This document shows positions 48,201-60,200 of a stretch of 64,000 bases of DNA, piece by piece. Source of the DNA: Ostrea edulis (lineage: Eukaryota); assembly GCF_947568905.1 (NCBI RefSeq), contig NC_079170.1, forward strand, positions 34,534,001-34,598,000, written 5' to 3'. Numbering within the stretch: the first letter of the stretch is position 1; the number at the start of each line of letters is the position of its first letter. A program made the position numbers and the translations under genes. Under the pieces are notes generated by a model. The model made no database searches. It worked only from the letters and a program-made list of their open reading frames with translations, and had not been told where the DNA came from.

Positions 48201-51200
48201 TGGATCTAAGGGGTAGAGGGTGTAAAATAGTTTGTGAACACGTTTCCTCCTATATAGCTTATCAGAGTTCATAATATCTATGTTCCTGCCCATGCTTTCT
48301 CCTCCATACCATGCAGTACATTAAGGGGGGAGGGTTTCATTTGGTGCACTTCCAATTTGGGGAGCATGGGAGAAATTTTGTTTCATAGAAACAATCTCTA
48401 GTTATTATTGTGGTGTTCTGTTGTAGAGTCGTTACAACACCCCGTGGTATGAGAAGTATCGATTTAGGAGTCGTGGCCTGGGACTACAACAAGTGGCTGT
48501 GTATGGGAAACAGATTCTAGAGGTAAGTCAGTACTGACAATCATCCGTATTTATCAATCCTGTGGGGATCCGGATTAGAGTAGCTCCTCAGTACCCCTTG
48601 ATTGTCGTAAGAGGCAACTAAATGGGGGAGGGGGGGTCATTTTGAATGAGACTGAAAAAACTGAGGCCCCTATCACAGCAGATGTGGCACGATAAAGATC
48701 TCTCCCTGCTCAAAAGCCATAATCGCTGAGCATAGGCCTAAATTTTGCAGCCCTTCACTGGCAATGGTGATATCTCCATATGAGTAAAAGATTCTCGAAA
48801 GGGACATTAAACAATAAACAATCAATTAATCATACAATCAGTATTTATCATTGTGTACATTTATCAGTATATATTATAGTGTGCCATTGTCAGTATTTGT
48901 CATTGTCTGTGTTTATTTTTATGTGCAGTTGTCAGTATATATTGTAGACAGTTGTCAGTATATATTGTAGACAGTTGTCAGTATATATTGTGTGCAGTTG
49001 TCAGTATATATTGTGTGCAGTTGTCAGTATATATTGTAGACAGTTGTCAGTATATAGTATAGACAGTTGTCAGTATATATTGTAGACAGTTGTCAGTATA
49101 TATTGTAGACTGTTGTCAGTATATATTGTGTGCAGTTGTCAGTATATATTGTGTGCAGTTGTCAGTATATATTGTGTGCAGTTGTCAGTATATATTGTAG
49201 ACAGTTGTCAGTATATATTGTATACAGTTGTCAGTATATATCATAGACAATTGTCAGTATATATTGTAGACAGTTGTCAGTATATAGTATAGACAGTTGT
49301 CAGTATATATTGTACAGTTAATCTGGACGCTTCACCTTCCGGACGATTTTTCTAGGGAACAGAATTTTTATACATTATTTTGCATCATTAATCCGGAAAT
49401 TCGCGTTCCGGATCCGGACGGTCACTTTTTACTACAAAACGTTATAATGCAATGAAAATTGTACCATTAATCCGGACGGTAATTATGTTTAGGGAAAGTC
49501 TGTGTCGGACAATTTTAGCAAGGCGTAAATTATAAAGAAAACAAGCCAAACTGTCTAATTGAAGCAATTACCTGTACCATGTCAACACCTCCCTCCAATT
49601 AGGTGGTGTGTGATGATAAGTCCGTTAGATAGCACGTGCCGATCGAGACATTGTATTGCCAATTTTCGCACATAAGATCTTTATTGCGTGTAGTGTTGAA
49701 TTTTGTAAATAAATTTGTAGCATATTATTTTATAGTCTTGATCAATACCCTAATAGTATTAATAAATTAACCATCATGCCGTAATGATATTTTTTTAACT
49801 GCTACACATATCAATTGTACTGATTCGTAAATTGATATCGGCTTATTCAAATCTAAAGAGTGTAGATTATACTTCTAGATTCTGGATTTTATACTGTTGA
49901 TTGGCGTGAAATATACATGTATGTTCATGCACATGTATATGTAGTAAGTTTTTAATGTTTAGAATGTCACGCATGTAGAATGTACCTGTGTACAATTGAT
50001 TCTTCTTACGATGTTGTAGAGCTTTATTGCTTTCGAATTTTTAAACTCTGGGTAGAAGTGAGAAAATTACCATTTTAAGGAAAATGACAAATAAATTTTG
50101 TATGTACCAGTAATGTTAGTTTCACCCGAGTTTTGTTCCGTTATCATCGCATCATGAAATTAATAGGTGCGCGTGACTAGATCAAAGCAGTAGTAGGTCT
50201 TGATATTACGAGCTTAAATGATTTTGTTCAACCGATATTGTCTTGGATAATTATAGAATAAGAAATATAAACTCTGGTAGATTGAATTTTGGTTAAAGAA
50301 TGTTGTCAACTGACATGATAATCACGAAATTCTTAAATCAACTTTGGATGTTTTAACAGACCGCCGAACCCGTGAATCGTGACAGATGGAAATTATCGGC
50401 CTCTTTAAGAAGTAAAAGTGTGATGAAATGTTTGAAGTGTAAATGATTATGTTAGTTACTAATGATTTATCTACTTATAGTTACATAAAGTGCTTCATTA
50501 TTTGTTTTAGTGCATACGGTACAGTTTTGTATATTTATTTGTAGGGATCATATGTATGTACAATGTAAGCACAGGCAAATACACTGAACACGTACATTAA
50601 ATTTTAGTGCTTTGAAATACATGTAAATGTTAACATTTATCATAATTTATATACTAATGCAAATGGTGAAATCCAATGATAGAATGTGTTTAATTCACTA
50701 TGCATCAATAAAGTAGGCACATATCGGTTACTTATGCAAAGCTAGAAAATATGCAATTCAATTATCCGGTCGCTTCATTTATCCGGACGATTTTGCTGGG
50801 AACCAAAGTGTCCGGATTAACGAGGCTCCACTGTATACAGTTGTCAGTATATATTGTAGACAGTTATCAGTATATATTATAGACAGTTGTCAGTATATAT
50901 TGTAGAGAGTTGTCAGTATATATTGTAGACAGTTGTCAGTATATATTGTAGACAGTTGTCAGTATATATTATAGACAGTTGTCAGTATATATTGTAGACA
51001 GTTTTCAGTATATATTGTAGACAGTTTTCAGTATATATTGTAGACAGTTATCAGTATATATTGTAGACTGTTGTCAGTATATATTGTAGACAGTTGTCAG
51101 TATTTATTATAAGGTTAACTGAGCTATAACCTCACTTGAGAGGTTGCCTGTATTGTCTGACCATTGTCTGTAAGCTTTATGCATTTCTTACTTCTACTCT

Positions 51201-54200
51201 ATAATTGCCAGGCCAATTTTAGCCAAATTTGATACAGAGCATCCTTGGATAAAGAGGATAAAAATTTATCTAATGAAGGGCCATGCCCCCTTCCAAGGGC
51301 AGTAATCAGGAAAGGATGGGGTAATTTGAAAATCTTTTCTGCAAGAACCACCAGGCTGTTTTCACTTTTGTGAAAATTTTCTGACTTACTGTTGATTCTA
51401 ATGATGACTCCAGGTGATAGGATGGGGCCACAAGGGGGGAAGGAATCAAAGTTTTAGATATGATTGTACAGAAAATAGTTTTTAAAAAATCATCTCCTCA
51501 AGAACAGCAAGGTCATGGTTAATCATTTTAATATGCAAGCATCCTTAGGTACTGCATATTCCAAATTATCAATATGATTTGGAGGAAATTGTGATTGTGG
51601 GGCCATCCACAATATAAAATCAGAGTTTTATATGTCAATATCTGGGAATTTTTATTAAAACTTACCAAGAACAGCAGTAAAATCTTCTAAAAATTTAATT
51701 GAACTAAGATAAGTCATATTATATGCAAGTATCCTCAGGTTCCCCCTGGGGCTAGGATGGGTTAAAATAGGAATTCAATATTTTAGGAGAATATGTTGGA
51801 AAATTTAAAAAATTCTTTACAAGAGTGTCCGGACCACACTAAATCCAAGTTGTGTGGATTCATTTTTTCCCCTATTTATTTGGAGCCTGACATTAGGGTT
51901 GATCTAAAATCGGGGATAAAGTTGTACATGATATATGAATACAGGGGAAAATGTTTTCCAAAAACAGCAAGGTCGTGTTTGCCATATTGATTTTGAAGCA
52001 TCCCTATGTTGAGCAGATTCAAGTTCAGTTCAGTCATGACACCATTTTGAGCTAGGTTGGATTCAAGATATGGTGTTGAAGTTTTTGTGGTAATAAACAG
52101 TGCTCCAAGTTGCGTGTAAAACGGTTGCATTTGCGACCAGAAAATCGATTTTGCGACTAGAGATTATAATTAAGTCGCATTTTTGCGAGTGGAGAAAATT
52201 TGAGCATCCAGTAAAATTCATTCTCGGTCAAAGCAATCAAGATGGCGGGAAAACGAGGTTTAGAGCACTTTGGATTTATCAATAGTAAAAATCAGAAGCC
52301 TCAGCCTAGTGCATGTAACAAAGAAATTCAAGAATCACACGGAGAAAGTTCTGCATCAAAAGATGATGTAGCAGTGTCTAAAGAGAAATGCAAAAGTAAA
52401 GGAAGAACCCCAGTCCTGAAATGGCTGAGGGAATTTTCGTGATGGCAAAATGTTTGCAGAATTTGTGAGGCCAATTAGCTAGCAACGTCCACCATTTCTG
52501 GACACCCATAGTCCTATTTCGCCACGACCGAGTGTACGTCTTTCAAACGTGGAAGTGTGACTATTCACGGTAACAGTAAAAGTCTACTTGTCTTTGTCCG
52601 TGACTGCATTATTAGCAGTAAGTTGAGCGGGGCAACTGTTGCTGTTAATTTTCAAAGACAATCAAACACAGGATGTAGTGTTCTTATTGATGCTGGTACT
52701 AATTGTTCAGCAAAAGATCCAACAAAACTAGAAGCTCTTATTCGCATAACATGATAAGCATTAAAGACCCACTTATTGAGAACTTTAAAGCAAATCCTTA
52801 TGTGGAACGCTGGGTTTTCTTCCCTAGAAACGTACTGTAAAATATACAGGATGGCCCAATGCAATACAACTTTTGCCAGAGTAAATACTTGACTTGTTAG
52901 CATCCAGCATGTTTCACAGTACATTTCTATTCAGTTTGAAAATAAAACAAACAAAATGCATACATGGATGTTGATTTTTTACTTGAAAGATATTCATATT
53001 TAAAAAAAACTTGTAAGTCTTATTTACAAAATCTGTTACTATGGCAAGTAAAAATTTTGAAAATGGCGACTAGAAATTTGAAAATGGTGACCAGAAATAT
53101 TTTTAGGTCGCCATTTTGCTACCTTATAGCAGATGCGACTTGGAGCACTGATAAATAGGATAAAATATTTTTGTTAAACTCTTCTGATGAAGGACAGCAG
53201 GGACAAGATAACAAATATAATATAGAGAATGTCAAATTCATTCCTATATAATGTGTTACTTCAGACAAACAATTAAATCCTCCCTATATAATGTGTTACT
53301 ACAGACAAATGATTAAATCACCCCTATATAATGTGTTCTTTCAGGAGTTTAAGACTTTTGACTATATAGAATTCCCATTTTGAGAAATTTGCTGTAATGC
53401 AAAAACGTGCTAGAAGTGGCCCACAAGTTAACGTCTGTCTGTGACTCGTGTCCTGTCTGTGTTAGAAGCGGCCCACAAGTTAACATTTTCTGTGACTTGT
53501 GTCCTATCTGTGCTAGAAGCGACCCACAAGTTAACGTTGTCTGTGACTTGTGTCCTGTCTGTGCTAGAAGTGGCCCACAAGTTAATGTTGTCTGTGACTC
53601 GTGTCCTGTCTGTGCTAGAAGTGGCCCACAAGTTAATGTTGTCTGTGACTCGTGTCCTGTCTGTGCTAGAAGTGGCCCACAAGTTAATGTGTTTGTGACT
53701 CATGTCCTGTCTGTGCTAGAAGTGGCCCACAAGTTAATGTTTCATTTTTCGTACTTCAGGGTTTATTGTACATGGAAGACAAAGAGTTCCCTCCCCACGG
53801 CCATCTGCACACAGGGAACATCATGTTTGACAGCGGGGTCTGCAAGTAAGTTATCTGTTATACATGATCTACATACAGGGAACATATGATTGATGGTAGG
53901 GTCAGCAAGTAAGTCAACTATTAACTCATACATGTGTCTTCATCATCACAAACATAAAAGAAACTGGAGCGGAAGGGAGCACCTGTTTATCTCAGCTTTT
54001 AGCAGTCTTCTGTAGGACATGTTGTATTACACAGACCTATGAGAGGAGATGTCCATGTGATTAGAGTGTACAGTGACATTTACTGGGTGACCTGTCTGTT
54101 GTAGATTAGAATGTACAGTGACATTCACTGTGTGACCTCTCTGTTATAGATTAGAGTGTACAGTGACATTCACTGTGTGACCTGTCTGTTGTAGATTAGA

Positions 54201-57200
54201 GTGTACAGTGACATTTACTGGGTGATCTCTCTGTTGTAGATTAGAGTGTACAGTGACATTTACTGGGTGAGCTCTCTGTTGTAGATTAGAGTGTACAGTG
54301 ACATTTACTGGGTGACCTGTCTGTTGTAGATTAGAGTGTACAGTGACATTTACTGGGTGAGCTCTCTGTTGTAGATTAGAGTGTACAGTGACATTTACTG
54401 GGTGACCTGTCTGTTGTAGATTAGAGTGTACAGTGACATTCACTGGGTGATCTCTCTGTTGTAGATTAGAATGTACAGTGACATTTACTGGGTGACCTGT
54501 CTGTTGTAGATTAGAGTGTACAGTGACATTTACTGGGTGACCTCTCTGTTGTAGATTAAATTACAGTGACATTTACTGGGTGACCTGTCTGTTGTAGATT
54601 AGAGTGTACAGTGACATTTACTGTGTGACCTGTCTGTTGTAGATTAGAGTGTACAGTGACATTCACTGGGTGAGCTCTCTGTTGTAGATTAGAGTGTACA
54701 GTGACATTTACTGGGTGACCTGTCTGTTGTAGATTAGAATGTACAGTGACATTTACTGGGTGACCTGTCTGTTGTAGATTAGAGTGTACAGTGAGATTTA
54801 CTGAGTGACCTGTCTGTTGTAGATTAGAGTGTACAGTGACATTTACTGGGTGACCGGACTGTTGTAGATTAGAATGTACAGTGACATTTACTGGGTGAGC
54901 TCTCTGTTGTAGATTAGAATGTACAGTGACATTTACTGGGTGACCTGTCTATTGTAGATTAGAGTGTACAGTGACATTTACTGGGTGACCTGTCTGTTGT
55001 AGATTAGAATGTACAGTGACATTTACTGGGTGACCTGTCTGTTGTAGATTAGAGTGTACAGTGAGATTTACTGAGTGACCTGTCTGTTGTAGATTAGAGT
55101 GTACAGTGACATTTACTGGGTGACCGGACTGTTGTAGATTAGAATGTACAGTGACATTTACTGGGTGACCTCTTTGTTGTAGATTAGAATGTACAGTGAC
55201 ATTTACTGGGTGACCTGTCTATTGTAGATTAGAGTGTACAGTGACATTTACTGGGTGACCTGTCTGTTGTAGATTAGAGTGTACAGTGACATTTACTGGG
55301 TGATCTGTCTGTTGTAGATTAGAGTGTACAGTGACATTTACTGGGTGATCTGTCTGTTGTAGATTAGAGTGTACAGTGACATTTACTGGGTGATCTGTCT
55401 GTTGTAGATTAGAATGTACAGTGACATTTACTGGGTGACCTCTCTGTTGTAGATTAGAGTGTACAGTGACATTTACTGAGTGACCTGTCTGTTGTAGATT
55501 AGAGTGTACAGTGACTAGGGCTGTGCGGTGCACCGAAAATTTCGGAGCATTGCGATTCATACCATTCGATTCGATGCACCAATTACAAATTCCGGATTTC
55601 GGTTCGGTTCGGTTTAGATTTTACTTACACCAAAACAACAAATATGGCGTCCGAATGATGTTGAAAACATGTGGTATTTTATGCAACAGAGATTTAAATC
55701 ACTACTGTGTTGAGAGTTAGCATTTTCACCACTCAGATACCAACAGAATATGGTCCTTAAGGTCATTGCAATTTATCTTTACATGACATATAGCATTTCT
55801 GTCAGTGGTGGAGTGAAATCAATATCGTAGGTAATGACACAGATTTGACAGTTAATATGAGAGAGAAGTCAACCAATAACGGAGAGATTTTCAAAGACTC
55901 AATTGATAGAATTGTTGAATTTTTGCATATCAATGAAAACAATATCATATACATTTTAGATTCACTATAGATTTGTTTAATAATCCATATCTGATGCAGC
56001 ACATTAATATAACAAATTTTGATAGACTGTCAGTGTTTTCTTTTTTCTATCAAAGTTATAAAATGCCATTATGAATAGATATGCTGTTTACAAATGACGA
56101 CTTATACTTATTTAACTTGAATAGAATAAAATCAAATATGCTACTCATTAAAATTGTTAATTTTTGTGGTGTCATTAGATAAATTGGACCTAACATGAAC
56201 CGAATCGAAAATAACCGAACCGTGCTGTTCTGAATCGAAACCGAACCGAATCGAGCTAACCCTGAATCGTCCCAGCCCTAACAGTGACATTTACTGGGTG
56301 ACCTCTCTGTTGTAGATTAGAGTGTTGGGTGACATTTACTGGGTGACCTCTCTGTTGTAGATTAGAGTGTACAGTGACATTCACTGGGTGAGCTCTCTGT
56401 TGTAGATTAGAGTGTACAGTGACATTTACTGGGTGAGCTCTCTGTTGTAGATTAGAGTGTACAGTGACATTCACTGGGTGAGCTCTCTGTTGTAGATTAG
56501 AGTGTTAGGTGACATTTACTGGGTGATCTCTCTGTTATAGATTAGAGTGTACAGTGACATTTACTGTGTGACCTGTCTGTTGTAGATTAGAGTGTACAGT
56601 GACATTCACTGGGTGAGCTCTCTGTTGTAGATTAGAGTGTATAGTGACATTTACTGGGTGACCTCTGTTATATATTAGAGTGTACAGTGACATTTACTGG
56701 GTGACCTGTCTGTTGTAGATTAGAGTGTACAGTGACATTTACTGGGTGAGCTCTCTGTTGTAGATTAGAGTGTACAGTGACATTCACTGGGTGAGCTCTC
56801 TGTTGTAGATTAGAGTGTATAGTGACATTTACTGGGTGACCTCTGTTATATATTAGAGTGTACAGTGACATTCACTGGGTGACCTGTCTGTTGTAGATTA
56901 GAGTGTACAGTGACATTTACTGGGTGAGCTCTCTGTTGTAGATTAGAGTGTACAGTGACATTTACTGGGTGACCTGTCTGTTGTAGATTAGAGTGTACAG
57001 TGACATTCACTGGGTGATCTCTCTGTTGTAGATTAGAGTGTACAGTGACATTCACTGGGTGATCTCTCTGTTATAGATTAGTGTGTACAGTGACATTTAC
57101 TGGGTGATCTCTCTGTTATAGATTAGAGTGTACAGTGACATTTACTGTGTGACCTCTCTGTTATAGATTAGAGTGTACAGTGACATTTACTGGGTGACCT

Positions 57201-60200
57201 GTTTATTGTAGATTAGAGTGTACAGTGACATTTACTGGGTGACCTGTCTGTTGTAGATTAGAGTGTACAGTGACATTTACTGTGTGACCTGTCTGTTGTA
57301 GATTAGAGTGTACAGTGACATTCACTGGGTGAGCTCTCTGTTGTAGATTAGAGTGTACAGTGACATTTATTGGGTGACCTGTCTGTTGTAGATTAGAGTG
57401 TACAGTGAGATTTACTGGGTGAGCTCTCTGTTGTAGATTAGAGTGTACAGTGACATTTGCTGTGTGACCTGTCTGTTGTAGATTAGAGTGTACAGTGACA
57501 TTCACTGTGTGACCTCTCTGTTGTAGATTAGAGTGTACAGTGACATTCACTGGGTGACCTGTCTATTGTAGATTAGAGTGTACAGTGACATTTACTGGGT
57601 GACCTGTCTGTTGTAGATTAGAGTGTACAGTGACATTTACTGTGTGACCTGTCTGTTGTAGATTAGAGTGTACAGTGACATTCACTGGGTGAGCTCTCTG
57701 TTGTAGATTAGAGTGTACAGTGACATTTATTGGGTGACCTGTCTGTTGTAGATTAGAGTGTACAGTGAGATTTACTGGGTGAGCTCTGTTGTAGATTAGA
57801 GTGTACAGTGACATTTACTGGGTGATCTCTCTGTTGTAGATTAGAGTGTACAGTGACATTTACTGTGTGACCTGTCTGTTGTAGATTAGAGTGTACAGTG
57901 AGATTTACTGGGTGAGCTCTGTTGTAGATTAGAGTGTACAGTGACATTTACTGGGTGATCTCTCTGTTGTAGATTAGAGTGTACAGTGACATTTACTGTG
58001 TGACCTGTCTGTTGTAGATTAGAGTGTACAGTGACATTCACTGGGTGAGCTCTCTGTTGTAGATTAGAGTGTACAGTGACATTTATTGGGTGACCTGTCT
58101 GTTGTAGATTAGAGTGTACAGTGACATTCACTGGGTGACCTGTCTGTTATAGATTAGAGTATACAGTGACATTTACTGGGTGAGCTCTCTGTTGTAGATT
58201 AGAGTGTACAGTGACATTCACTGGGTGACCTGTCTGTTGTAGATTAGAGTGTACAGTGACATTTACTGTGTGACCTGTCTGTTGTAGATTAGAGTGTACA
58301 GTGACATTCACTGGGTGATCTCTCTGTTGTAGATTAGAGTGTACAGTGACATTTACTGGGTGACCTGTCTGTTGTAGATTAGAGTGTACAGTGACATTTA
58401 CTGGGTGAGCTCTCTGTTATAGATTAGAGTGTACAGTGACATTTACTGAGTGACCTGTCTGTTGTAGATTAGAGTGTACAGTGACATTTACTGGGTGATC
58501 TGTCTGTTGTAGAATAGCAGGCTACGAGAATGTTTTCCTCGGTTTGAAGTCCAGACTTTCTGTGATGGCCAGGAAGAAATTGAAAGAACAACCGGAGGCG
58601 ATTGATGTCCTATCATTTGGTAATTCACATTAACATTGTATAAGTGTTTTAATGTTATCTGGTACAACACAGCTCACAGACAGACAACTCGCAGACAAGA
58701 CACGAGTCATAGATAGACAACTCACAGACAAGACATGAGTCACAGATAGACAACACACAGACAAGACACAGATAGACAACACACAGACAAGACACAGATA
58801 GACAACACACAGACAAGACGTAAGTCACAGATAGACAACTCACAGACTAGACAAAGATAGACAACTCGCAGACAAGACACGAGTCACAGATAGACAACAC
58901 ACAGACAAGACACGAGTCACAGATATACAACTCACAGACAAGACACAAGTCACAGATAGACAACACACAGACAAGACACGAGTCACAGATATACAACTCA
59001 CAGACAAGACACAGATAGACAACACACAGACAAGACACAGATAGACAACACACAGACAAGACATGAGTCACAGATAGACAACACACAGACAAGACACAGA
59101 TAGACAACACACAGACAAGACACGAGTCACAGATAGATAACACACAGACAAGACATGAGTCACAGATAGATAACACACAGACAAGACATGAGTCACAGAT
59201 AGACAACTCACAGACAAGACACAGATAGACAACACACAGACAAGACATGAGTCACAGATAGATAACACACAGACAAGACATGAGTCACTGATAGACAACA
59301 CACAGACAAGACACAGATAGACAACACACAGACAAGACACGAGTCACAGATAGATAACACACAGACAAGACATGAGTCACAGATAGACAACTCACAGACA
59401 AGACATGAGTCACAGATAGACAACTCACAGACAAGACACGAGTCACAGATAGATAACACACAGACAAGACACAGATAGATAGACAACTCACAGACAAGAC
59501 ACGAGTCACAGATAGACAAGTCACAGATAGACAACAAACAGACAAGACACAGATAGACAACACACAGACAAGACACGAGTCACAGATAGATAACACACTG
59601 ACAAGACACAGATAGATAGACAACACACAGACAAGACATGAGTCACAGATATACAACTCACAGACAAGACACAGATAGACAACACACAGACAAGACAAAG
59701 ATAGACAACACACAGACAAGACATGAGTCACAGATAGACAACACACAGACAAGACACAGATAGACAACACACAGACAAGACACGAGTCACAGATAGATAA
59801 CACACAGACAAGACATGAGTCACAGATAGATAACACACAGACAAGACATGAGTCACAGATAGACAACTCACAGACAAGACACAGATAGACAACCCACAGA
59901 CAAGACATGAGTCACAGATAGATAACACACAGACAAGACATGAGTCACTGATAGACAACACACAGACAAGACACAGATAGACAACACACAGACAAGACAC
60001 GAGTCACAGATAGATAACACACAGACAAGACATGAGTCACAGATAGACAACTCACAGACAAGACACGAGTCACAGATAGACAACTCACAGACAAGACATG
60101 AGTCACAGATAGACAACTCACAGACAAGACATGAGTCACAGATAGACAACTCACAGACAAGACATGAGTCACAGATAGACAACTCACAGACAAGACATGA

